Shown: positions 12,210 to 24,210 of the stretch, one piece after another
Position numbering within the stretch: the stretch's first letter is position 1
How the letters are laid out: each line of letters starts with the position of its first letter
Origin: Geosiphon pyriformis uo1
Taxonomy: Eukaryota > Fungi > Glomeromycota
Direction: 5' to 3'
Length of the DNA stretch: 64,000 nucleotides
NCBI GenBank assembly: GCA_016748015.1
Contig: JAAOMT010000109.1
Coordinates: 21,820 to 85,819, forward strand
Position numbers and translations under genes: made by a program
Notes under the pieces: model-generated
The model's database searches: none
Told to the model about the DNA's origin: nothing
What the model saw: the letters and a program-made list of their open reading frames with translations, nothing else

Positions 12210-15200
12210 GTAGTTAATAACAAACTGGTTCTGAAACCACTTGAGATCTGGTCTATAGTTGACTTGATTATGAAGGGATGTACAAGAAAGCAAGTAGTAC
12301 CTGAACATATACCTGAGTGATGAGTCAGTTAATATGCTCCCTTAAGTCATGTTGATAATAATGTATTCTTCAAAGTTATGTATAATGTCAAGCTTGATGA
12401 GTTTCTGCAAGTAGTCAAAAATCTTTTTAATGAGAAAGCTGCTGACATGTCTGATATCCCTAATAAGCTGTAGAAACATGGCAATGAGCAGATTTTGGGT
12501 GGTTTATTAGATATTATTAACATATGTATAAGTTCAAGAACTGTGTCTGTATATTGGAAAAAGACATGAGTCTTGATAATACCTAAGTCATATAATTGAG
12601 AAAGAATATTTACTAATATTAGGCTGATTACTTTGATAAAACTGCTTAGAAGATCTTGTTTAAAATTCTCTCAGATAAGATCTTCTCAATTTGTAGTGAT
12701 TTTAATGTTTTGCGTGGTGACAATTTTTCAGTTTTGAAGGGCATATTTACTTAAATTCCCATATTTGCTGTTGGTTCTGTTATTAAAAATGCTATAGAAA
12801 AGAACAAAGAGCTATGATTGGTTTTTTAAGACATGCACAAAGCATATAATTCTGTGGAATAGTTTTATTTAAAAAGTAGTTTAGTTAGGATTAAGATGTG
12901 TCTCTGTTTTATTAAGTTCTTTAAAAATATACACAATGGTCAGATTAATCAAGTAATAATGAATTTTGGGCTTACAGATAGCTATACTGTCTGTAATAGA
13001 CTGGATCAAGGTGAAGTTTTCTTGTTCTTACTGTGAAAAATTTTCTATGACTCTTTGCTCTGTAAAGTTAAGAAACATAAAAACTTTTATGATTACAAGA
13101 TGGATTCCAAGTTTTTTATATGCACTAGTAAGCAGAATTATAAAAGTAACATGACTTTCTTTTTGGCAGCTGGCATTTTTGTGAATGACACTATTTGGAT
13201 TGAAAATAGCATGTCTATTACTTATTGTATTTTGGACATAGCTAGTGAATTTTTCCAGATCAATAATATTTCAATCAACATAAATAAAACTGTCACTATA
13301 CCTATCAATTGGAGAGTAGAGGTGCCCTATCTGCTGATTAGTAGTTTGAACATTTCAATAGCTAAAAAAGATGTGTCTCATAGGTATTTGGGTATTTTTT
13401 TATCCACCAATGGTCTGTCAAACCCTAGCCTTGCTAAAGCTTAGTTGAATATTAAGTTTTTTATAAATTTGGTCTTGAAAAAAATGGTATCTGATAAACA
13501 GTTTTTATATCTAGTGTTTGTTGTTCTACAACCTATTATTGAGTACAGACTGTAATTCAGCCATGCCTCTTTAAGTGTGTATGAAAGATAAGACAGATTG
13601 TTGAGAAAAAGCCTAAGACTAAAAGCCAATTTACTGAGAGACTTTCCAAATGAAGCCATCTCTCATCCCAAGTTGTATGGCCTTAAGACTTTTAGACAAA
13701 TGCAAGCTAAGAATTCCTTAGCAAATTTGGTGATCTTTGGCAATTTAAAAGGCATTTTTAACAAGTTGTTTGAGCATTAAGTCATAAATTTGCAGATCAT
13801 TAGCTGGATGCTTTAACAACCTCTTAATTTTCCGATCTCATTGTCAATCAATTCCTTGAATTGCTTTTTAGCTGGTGTTACCAACATTTTGGCTTCATGC
13901 AAACTTTCTTTAAGTGGTTTTCTGTCTAATGTTTTTTGTGCTGGTAGTAGTGTTACTGTTGCTGATATTTTGCGCTTGAATCAATATCTGAGTGTGATGG
14001 ATTCACTTAAGAGATTTGGTTTGGTCTTTGCTAACCAGCTTTTGGACCATCATGACAAGTGTTTCATCTGAAAAAGCTTTCACAGATAAAAGAGACTGGA
14101 TCTCAGGGAATCTATTCCTAGTTGGTATAGTTTGCTTGTTAATTTTATTGAAAATAGTGACTTGGTCTATAATTGTGTCCTTGCTTTCAGTCTCATTCCC
14201 AGTCACTGTTTGGATGAAGTTAATTCTGTTGGTAGACATTTTTTGGAATATGGGTCAGATCTCTTTGTTGTTTATACTGATAGTTCAATCAAGAATTTTG
14301 GTACTGTGAATGCTTATGGTGGTACTGCTGTATACTTTCTAGACATAGACAAAAGTGTTGGAATTGGGGTGCATGATTTGCTTTCTTCAACTTTAGCAGA
14401 ATTATAGGCTATTACTTTTGCTTTGAATTGTGTGCTAGTGTTTAGTTTGGTAATTTTGTATATAGTTAAGCTTTTTTGAATGTTTGTGTCTCGCTTAGAA
14501 GTAATACAGGTTCCAATTTTTATAAAAAATGTTGGTTGGAAAAGGAGTGTATTCATCAAACAATTATATCTAAGAACTTGTCAATTAGTTAGAACAAGAT
14601 CAAAAGTTATTCTGAAGTTGTTGACAATAAGCGTGCTGATCTTCTGGTTAATGCTACTACTAAATCTAATTTTGTGCTGCCTGTAGATATGTCATGCTAC
14701 TTCTTGATCATCAAAAACATACCTGTTTTTGGGAATGTTTGTTATTTTGTTAGGTGTCTTTTTAATGCTATAAGTTTTGTTGGTTGAGAGTCCAAATGCA
14801 CTAGGTGTTTTGTGAATAGTAGTCCATATGATAAGTTTTATATAAATCAAATCTTTAATGTGTGGCATCCCAATAGTAGATGTTGTTTTGAGTTCACTAG
14901 CTCTGTTTCTGTGATGCTTAGGTTTTACTTTATAAAGACCCTGCATTGCCAATTATCTGTTGTCAAAAGAAAGAGGCTGTATGATTTGAAATATTTCAGT
15001 GTTCTGTGTATTTGCTGTGATCTGGTCAAAAATTTTAATCACACATTTTTCTGTATTTATGATGCACATACCAGAAGAGATCTTATTGATAAGGGTATTG
15101 ATTATTGGAATGATCTGTTGAGTGTCTGTACTGCTAAAAGTGTGGTAATAGGTTTTTTGTACAAAGCTGAGTTTTCTAATCAGTTATACATGTCTTTGCC

Positions 15201-15675
15201 CAAAGGTTTCATAATGAATGAGTGGATAGTAGTTCTAATGATATATTTCTGATCATTTATTTAGTCTGAAGTTTCACTAAGAGTCACAGATCTACTATGT
15301 GACTGCTGACTACCAAATTAAAGATACATGATGAAAAACTGGGTCTCTTGCCACATGATAAATCTGCAGTGCTAATAGTGTCTGGTCTAATTCTTTTATG
15401 GCCTCTTAGTAAGATTTTTGATTTTGGCATTAGATTTGGCATCCATGTTTGTTTTAGTTTGCATTCCCATCTATCTAGTATAAATTTCAGCTTCTTATAT
15501 AATTTTTCTGTTGTAATTAATTTAGGTGTTTAGTGTTGTCTTAATTGGTCCAAATGGCTAGTCATGTATGGAAAATGCATGAGCCATACTTAATATAGAA
15601 ACTTATATGATTTTGTAGTTTTAAGTAGTAATTGGGCTATACTTGTTAAATACTTAATAAAAAAAAATAAAAAAA
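12210..15675 (+). mobile_element. LINE-a 3' part: ORF2 RT, RNase H, CCHC, 3' UTR and poly(A)
   Basis: D(M)HKAYNSV, GLDQGEV, AAGIFVNDTIW, RYLGIFLS; RNase H VYTDSS..STLAEL..KIKSYSEVVDNKRAD; CICCDLVKNFNHTFFC; conserved 3' UTR then A-rich tail at ~15655-15680. Confidence 0.93.
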
Positions 15676-17509
15676 TAAAGTAATTATCAATTTATTTTTA
15701 TTGTTTTTATAATATTTAAAAGTTTTTTGTATTAGATATTATAATTATTAAATAGTTTATTATAAAAAAAATCAGAGTTTATAAATTGACTTAACTATAG
15801 TTTAATTTTATTATTAGCTTTTTTTTCTTTTTCCATAATATATTAATATAATTTTAATATTTTTGTTTTATAGTTTATTTTTTTGAAATTTTTTACAAAT
15901 TATAAACTTTTAAAAAAATTTATTAATTAAATATTAGTTTAATAACTTTATGATTTAATTTTCTAGTCTAATTTTTTATTATTTTTTATTTCTATTATTA
16001 AAATTTTAGTCTTTATTAAAGCATATTTAAGTTTTAATTATATTTAAAACTTAATAACTTTTTATTAGCCTTAAATTTATAGTTATTTTTAAGGTATATT
16101 TTTATTCTAATTATATTACTCAAATTATAATTAAAATTTATTTGTTATTAAAAGTATTATAAACAGATTATGTTTTATTTCTGTTTTTTAATATATTTTA
16201 TGTAAATTTAAACTGTTTTTATTACTAATATTAATATTTACACAAAGCATTTTTTTAGTTTTTTATAAAAGTTTTTTAGAATTCTAATTATTATTATTAT
16301 TATTTTAAAAAAAATTTCTATATATATATTTTTTATGCAAATTAATAATTAGTTTTTTACTTTAATTTATATTGTAATATCAAAAAAATCAATAATTAAA
16401 CTTTATATTTGTTAGTATAAATAATTAAATATTTTTTAATTATATATATAATTTTAAGAAAAAAATATTAATTACTAATATTTAAAAAAATTATTGTTTT
16501 TAATTTATATTTAACATAATAATTAAGTATTTTTTTATGTAAAATTATAATTTAATTTTTAAGTGATTTATTTAAAAAAAAAATTTCAAAAGTTTTTTTT
16601 TATTTTTTTAATAATTACAAAAACTACAATTTTGATAAATTAAAAAAAATACTTATAAAAGTTAATAATAAATTTAAAAGATTTAGTTCAGAATAATGCC
16701 TAAAAACAAGTATATAAAATAAATTAATAAATTAATTAGAAAAAAAACTGGTTTTTGGTTTTATAATTGAAATATATAGTTTTATAATTATTTTTTAACA
16801 AGTTTTTAGATATTAACATTAATAATTTAGTAAAATTAAAAATTATTTATTATAAAATTAGTAAAATATTTTTTTAAATTGATATAAATTATTATTAAAG
16901 TTAATAATAATTATTAATACATAATTGTTATAAATAAGTAAATATTAAAAAGCATTAAAAATAAAATATTAAATTTTTTAAATTAAGATTTTTAAAAATT
17001 TTGGTAAATTTAATAAAAAAATTAATTAAAATTCAAAAAATAAAAACAGTTATAATAATTTATAACACTAAATAATAATTATTATATAATAAAATGCCAA
17101 TTTTTTAGGCTTTAATATAAATAAACTGTTTAATTAACTTTGTTTATAAAGTTATATATAAAAAATTAATAGAGTTTTATAACTATAAAAAAATATTTTT
17201 TTAATATTTTTGCTGTTATATTAAATATTAAAATAATTTTAATTATAATATTATAATAATACTAATTTGTTAATTTATATTTTTAATAAATAATATGCTT
17301 TATATATAAAAAATTGTGAAATATTTTCTAATTACTATAAAAATTAAAATTTTTTTGGTCTAAAAAATAAAATAAAAAACTTTTTTATATTTAACAAAAC
17401 TTTTAATACTTGTTATATTTTTTACTAATATATTTTTTATTAAAATAACTTAATATTATTTTACTTCTATATAAGTTTTTGTTTTATAAATATCTATAAT
17501 TTATATTAG

Positions 17510-20500
17510 TTTTTTGAGCCTAATAAAGTAAAGTTCAAGGTTGATAAAATTATAGAAGGGTGGACAAGAAAGTGATCAGTTCTTCCAAAAATACCTAATC
17601 TCTGGACTTAACAATATATGTCTCTGAATTAAGTAAATAATAATGCTTTCTCTGGTATAATGAATAAAATTGGTATGAAAGAATTGTCTCTGGTTGTTAA
17701 TAATCTGCCAAACAATAAAGCAGCCAGGTTATTAGGACTACCTAATAAACTTTGGAAGCATTGTAATGGGGAGGTTTTGGCCTGTCTTTTAAAATTGTTG
17801 AATTTGTGTTTAAGTATGAGTGCAGTTTCTAATCTGTGAAAAAAAGCATGAGTTTCAATAATTCCGAAACCTTATGAGTGGAATGGTGTTTTAACAAATA
17901 CTAAGCCTATTACATTAGTTAAAACAGCATGTAAAATACTATCTAAGATTCTTTCTTATCAGATATCTTTGGCTTGTAGTAAGTTTAATGTTCTTCATGG
18001 TAACAATTTTTTGGTGTTGAAGAGTATTTCAACCCAGTTTCTTATTTTTGCTATTGGCTCAGTTGTTAAGAATGCTCTGAAAAAAAACAGAAAGCTTTGA
18101 TTAGTGCTACAGGATATGTATAAAGCTTATAATTCAGTAGGCTGGCATCATTTGCGAGCGAGCTTACATCACATCAAAATGTGTAAATGTTTTATCCAAT
18201 TTTTTGGCAACATTTATGAAGACCGGATCAACAGAGTAATAACTGACTTTGGGCTTTTAGATGGTAATAGAGTTCATGATAAGTTGAATCAAGAGGAGGT
18301 CTTTTCTCTACTGCTTTGGAGGATATTTTATGATCCACTTTTGTGTGAAGTGAAAAGGCATGAGCACTTATGTGGATATAGGATTGATTCTAAGTTTGTA
18401 GCAAAGTCTGGCAGAATTGAGGTGAGTGGAGGAAAAACTTCTTTTTTGGCTGCAGGCATTTTTGTTGATAATACAATTTGGGTTGAAAGTAGTTAGGCAT
18501 CTACACAGTATATTTTAAACATTGCAAGTGAATTTTTTGTGATCAATGACATTTTAATTAATAATAATAAGATGATAACAATTTCTATTAATCAGAGAGT
18601 TAGAAATGCTTTGCTATTAATCAATAGATTGCCAATTTTGATTGCTAAAAAGAGTGAGTCACACCAATATTTGGGTATCTTTCTGTCAACTGAGGGTTTT
18701 TCTAAGCCCAGTTTGGCTTAAGCCCATAAAAATGTCAGGTTTTTTTCTAATATAGTGTTAAAAAAAGCTATTATGGACAAACAATTCTGTTATTTGGTTT
18801 CAGCAGTTTTGCAATTCATTGTCAGCTATCATACACAATTCAGTTTTGTTACTTTAGATGTATGTTATAAGTAGAATATCATGATTAGAAAAAATCTTAG
18901 AGTCAAAGCTGGTTTACCACATGATTTTCCCAGTGAGGTTTTGCACCACCTTTCTTTATATAGTTTGAAGTCTTTTGAGCAAATACAATTTAAAAGAAAG
19001 CTGGCATCACTGATTTTATTTTCTAATGGTTACAGTATTCTTGAACATTTATTTGATCATAAATTTTTGGATTTGCAAGTTTTGGAATGGTCTCCTCTGA
19101 ATCCTTTGCAATTTCCTGTTAGGTTGCATGTTAGTTCTGTAAAAAATTTTTTGGCAGGGGTGATAAAGATTTTTTTGGAAAATGAATTATCTTTAGTGAA
19201 CAATTTACCTTGTGCTTTTCGTGGATCTGGCAATTTTCTAATGTCTGGCATTCTGGGTCAGTTTTTGTATTACAAATCTATTTTTTCATTAAAGTGTTTT
19301 GGTGTTGCTTTTGGTGACAGAATTCTTGACAAGAAAGGAAAGATGATGGACTAGAAAACATTTTGGCATTGGAAAAAATTAAACCTGAGGGGTTTTGTGC
19401 CTTACTGGTTTTCTTTAATGTCTGATTTTATGAACAATTCTGTTTCTTTGGGGGTTGGAACTGCTACTACTACTAAGGAGGATGTGCTAAGTATTTTGGA
19501 TTCTGATAGATTCTCTGAAGTTCATGATAGTTTACTAGAGGTGTGGTCTAATTGTATTGAGGTTTATATAAATGGGTCCTTGAAATGTGCTGGTACTGTT
19601 AAGGCAGTAGGTGGAACAACTACATACTTTCCAGCTGCAAATGTAGACATTGGAGTTAAGGTTGCTGGACTTTTGTTCTTTACTTTAACTGAACTGCAAG
19701 CTGTGATGTTGGCTTTAGAGTGTGTTTCATCTTCTTGCTCAGTGGTTTTGTATTCAGATAGTCAATCTGCGATTGATGCCTGCATTTCTGAAACTTCTTC
19801 AACTAAGTCTGATTTCCATAACCAATATTGGATTGAAAGATTGCAAATAGTCAATTTTCTTAAAAACAAGAATATTTCAATCAAGTGGGTGAAGATTAAA
19901 AGACATTCAGATATATTGGGCAACATAAGAGCTGACACACTAGCTAATGAGACTACTTTCTCATCTCTTTCTTTGCCAGTTAAAATCTGGGAGAGGTTTC
20001 TGGTCACTGAAAAAACTGTTATATCTGGCAATGTTCATTATTTTGCTTAGAACTTACACTAGTCAATATGTTGTGCCTATTAGGAGACTGGTCCAGGTTT
20101 TAATATAGTTCCAAATATTATGATTAAGAAAATAGATTGAAATGCTATTGCAACAATTTGGCATCCTGATTTACACATGCTTTCTGGGTTCACCAGTAAA
20201 AAGTCAGCCAATTTATACATGTATTTGATAAAAGCTATATATAAATGGCTGCTGGTTGCAGTTAAAAAGAAATTGTATAGCAAAGATTATCTCAGTGTTT
20301 TGTGTTTGTTGTGTGGTGAAGTGGAGATCTCTGATCATGTTTTTGTTTATTGGTCTCTGCAGAAACATTTTGGTTAAAGCTGCTGAAAAATGGATGTTGA
20401 TGTCTGGTTTTTTGAGTTCATTTCTATCTGCTATTCTACTCTTACTCTCATTATGTTCTTTGGATATGAGTCTTTATACAGCAGTATGCAAGGGTTTTGT

Positions 20501-20971
20501 AATGAGAGATTGGTATGCTGAAGCTGTTTTAGTTTTTGAGGGAAAAGTAAAAGCTACTCAGATCCTAATAGAATATATCAGGTTTGTAGTGGAGTTGTAG
20601 TGCACTCAAATATGGACTATTAGGACCAAACATAGAGTAGAGATAAAAAAGACTGGGTTGGTTGGGGATAATGGTGTGGTTTCTGGCCTGTCCAGCAGTA
20701 TAGTTTCTACATTGTCAGCTGGTGTTGTCCACATGCTTGGTGTTATAAAATCTTTTACTATTAGGTTTGATAGGCACAAATTGTGTCATTTTTTCTCTGG
20801 TTTAAGTGGTAATGCTTTTGTTACCATAGGTGTGTAGTGTTGTCTTGTCTGGCCCGAATGGCTAGCCACATGTAGTCTGTACATAAATTGCATTTAGTTG
20901 GTTTTACTTAGTTTGGTTCTATGTACTAGATAGTAGTTGGGCTTCATTCGTAAAACTTGTAATAAAAAAAA
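17510..20971 (+). mobile_element. LINE-b, 5'-truncated (ORF2 RT, RNase H, CCHC, 3' UTR, poly(A))
   Basis: LQDMYKAYNSV, LNQEEVFSLLLW, AAGIFVDNTIW, QYLGIFLS; RNase H ORF 19397-20050 (VYINGSL, TELQAV, YSDSQSAI, VKIKRHSDILGNIRADTLA); CLLCGEVEISDHVF; tail TAATAAAAAAAAA at 20960-20972. Confidence 0.94.
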
Positions 20972-21889
20972 ATTAGTTTTTATTTTATAAATATTTATGA
21001 CCAATATTTAAAAAAAAACTTTTTAGTATCTAACAAAATATTTTAGCATTTGCTGTATTTTTTTTATGTCTAAATTCTCCAAAGAGCAATTTTCTTGAAA
21101 AAAAGTTTTTGTTTTTGTCTTTCTATTTATATTACTTTCAATATTTTTCAAGCTAATAATTCTTTTATGGTGAATTTAAAGACTGTTTTAAGTAGCAATA
21201 TGTTAAAGAAAAAGGCTTTTAAAAGTATTTTTTATAATTTTGTTGATAGTACTTTCTCTCAAAAAAAAAGATCTCTGTTGGCAATATTAAGTACTCTGAA
21301 AATAAAATAAAATTTTTTTAATCAAATCTGATATTGTTAATAATATGTATTTAAATATGAATAGTGTATTTAGTAACAGTGAAATTGGTAATACTACAGT
21401 AATTCAGATAGTGGTTTTTTTCATGGTTTGGTTGCAACAACTTCTAAAGCTAAAAGAATTAATATAAGTTTGGATAGTGGCTCTTTTATTAATATAATTG
21501 ACTATAGAATAAATGAAAAAAAAGTTCTCTTTTTTTTTCTTTTAATATTTCTCTTGACAAAAGGTAGATTGACCTTAAAATAGTAAAAACTCAGATCAAA
21601 ATGACTGTTAAGAAATTTTTTGCATTAGATATTAATCTATTAACTATAAAAAAAAATTAACAACAGCAAAAATTTAGCTTATTAAAAAAATCTTTTTAGC
21701 AATTAATGGTTTTAAGAAGAGCATTACTCTTTCAAAATTTGAAAAAATTATTAGATCTATGTTTTTATCAGAAAAAAGCATGGAAAAGACTGTATTATTG
21801 GCTAAGAAAAAAAGAATCAAAGTAAATAGTAATCTTAAAAAACAAAAAATTAATTTAGATTAAGCTGTAGTATTTAAGAAGATTCTTAT

Positions 21890-22567
21890 TGTTATGATTG
21901 AAACCCATAGTTTTTATTAGTTATCACATGTATTAGCCACTGATGTCATATAATTAGCCACCCTATTTTTAGATAGTGATTGTTGACCTGATCAATGACC
22001 TGACTGTTGACCTGATCATTGACCTGATCATTAATCTAATTGTTAACCACTTTAGATAGTTATATAAGCAATGATTTCCTTAGCTGTAGAAAGACATGAT
22101 CAAAGTAATAAAATAAACAATATTAATTACTTCCTCTCATAATCACTTATTCTCCTTTCCTTACCTTCAAGTATCTACTTGTTGGCATTCACATACCTTA
22201 TCTTTTCCTCTTCTTGATTTGTATTTGTTAGAATTAGCCTGAGAAGCAATTGGCTTGCTCTTGTAATTCATTGAATAAAGAAATGATTGAAAAGCACAAC
22301 AATACCTGTTATTGATTCTAAGAATTGCCGAGTTGAGACATAGAATAATAGCAGCGGTATTATCTTGTTGACAATCATGGACTATTTCTCTACTTTCAGA
22401 TTTAAGAAAAGATTAGCGACTGTGATTTTTATGAGACTGATCACACACATTGAATTTCTACTTATTCAATTTGCTCCCTTATTGTAATTCCCTCTTTGTT
22501 TATTTCCATCACCATACAATACTGTTCTCCCTTGCTATCCATTAGCTTGTTATTCCAACCTGTAACA
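21890..22567 (+). repeat. Gypsy B 5' LTR (678 bp)
   Basis: Direct repeat of 28901-29590; TG...CA ends; TATATAA box at ~22061; 12-bp tandem repeats. Confidence 0.96.
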
Positions 22568-22573
22568 TAAAAG

Positions 22574-22590
22574 TGGTGCTCCCTGTGAGG
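22574..22590 (+). promoter_or_regulatory. Primer binding site of Gypsy B (TGGTGCTCCCTGTGAGG)
   Basis: Starts with TGG, the complement of tRNA CCA, 6 nt after the LTR. Near-identical to the family A PBS at 41274-41290. Confidence 0.85.
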
Positions 22591-22619
22591 TTGTTAAAAT
22601 TCACTTATTCCCTCATTGT

Positions 22620-24173
22620 ATGGGTGATTACTTATATCTGTCACAGCAATCAGAAAAACACTTTGCAGCACACAACAGAAATGATCTAAATTTCATTGAA
22701 CTTAATCCTCTGCCCTCCTGCTTGATCTGTTTCCCCCTTGAAGAACAATCCAGTAGACAATTCCAAGACTTTTGGAACTGGTTTCTGAACAAGCATTCAG
22801 CTGAAACCTACACAGCTTATATGACCTATTACTTTGACCAAGCTTATTTTGAAAATGACTTTGAAGAAAGAAACAACAGTATCAATCAACTCTTATATTC
22901 TGCAACCTTTGAACAACAGCCTCCTGATTTCGAATATCTGAATCATTAAATCCACATTTGGATTGCTGCTCATCAAGCAACTGAAACTTCCCTTGAAACA
23001 AAAGAAGAAAGCTATTAAACTGCCCCTGTTTTTGACCTTTTATCAAGCGAATCAGATTCGTCTACACAAACAGTTACCCCTGAACCAATGGCTAATGACC
23101 CCATGCAAGCAAACATTCTGGCCACCCTCCAAGGTATACAAACTGCTCTAGGAAGAAGAAACAATACTCCACTACCACTATTTAGAGGTAATGCACAAGA
23201 TCCAATTGAATGGTTAGATGACTTTGAGAGAGCTGCCACAGCCAACCAATATGATAAAGAATACAAGTTCCAAATCATTGGTGGCTACCTCCAAGGCTTT
23301 CCTGCTACCTGGTTCTCACAAGAAACAGATGCCAATGCTCAATACAGAATAATCAGATGGACACCAATCAATGCTGGAGAAGAAAATACCTCTTTCACTA
23401 CCCAATTTGAGGCCAAGTTCAGAACCCCAATATTAATATCCAAATGGTGCATGGAATTGGAAAGAAGAACCCAAGGCCCTGGAGAAGTAGTGACTGAATA
23501 TGCCAAGGCTATTAGAAAGCTAATTAAACGTGTAGACTCTGGAAGAAATTGGGCAGAAGAGCAGAAAATCCACTTCTTTACAAAAGAATTGAGAACTGAT
23601 CTATCATATGCTCTTTGGCCCCTTCTGGCCCTGAAAGATAATCTTACCATGGATATAGCCATTGAATTAGCACAAAGAATTGAAGATAACCAAAGGATGC
23701 ACTTGGGATCCACACTACCAGTTTTTGCTTCTGCTCCTGTCATGGCTTCTGTCCCTCAAATGACTGCTACTTCTTTTGCCACTCACACTCAAGATCCAAA
23801 TGAACAGTTAATAGACAGACTCACAGCAAATCTTGCCCAGTTATTAGAACCCTTAGCCCAAGCAGTCAGAGAAAATCAACAACCACAAAGACCCAGATTT
23901 GAACCACACTTCAATCAGCCCCAGCAACCACTTTATCAAAGACAACAAAATCGTGGCCCACCTGTATGTTATTACTGTGGATTAACTAGACACTTTTCAA
24001 GAAATTGCAACAATCCTCCACTGTCTCCACCAGTTCTCAGAAACAATGATGCTCAGAACAACAGACCTAACAACAACAATGTGCCCAACCAAAGACCCAA
24101 TCATGCCAACATCAATTTCTTTGGAGAGGATCCCCTAGTTGAAGCCACTGTTTATCAGCCTTTAAACTGGTAG
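22620..24173 (+). pseudogene. gag: Gypsy B gag with N-terminal extension (two internal TAA stops)
   Basis: 22620 and 23088 are in the same frame. Capsid PLPLFRGNAQDPIEWLDDFERAATAN..TQGPGEVVTEYAKAI; knuckle CYYCGLTRHFSRNC. Confidence 0.92.
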
Positions 24174-24210
24174 GCACACCTCCAAAGGGTGAGAGTGCAA
24201 GCCAACCAGA
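24161..24210 (+). promoter_or_regulatory. -1 programmed ribosomal frameshift signal (T TTA AAC and downstream hairpin)
   Basis: X XXY YYZ heptamer correctly phased in gag, just before the gag stop (TAG 24171-24173). The -1 frame is open from 24161 into the protease ORF. CACCT/GGGTG and GCAC/GTGC pairings follow. Confidence 0.85.

Noticed and set aside
3086-20600. Alternative genetic code (TGA/TAA read-through) explaining the many stops
   Set aside because: Most stop positions differ between homologous copies and come with frameshifts and mutated catalytic residues, which fits pseudogene decay.
24150-24187. 38-nt GT..AG intron joining gag to pol
   Set aside because: It restores the frame, but it is very short, has no polypyrimidine tract, and contains a correctly phased slippery heptamer and hairpin. 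Frameshifting is the simpler explanation.
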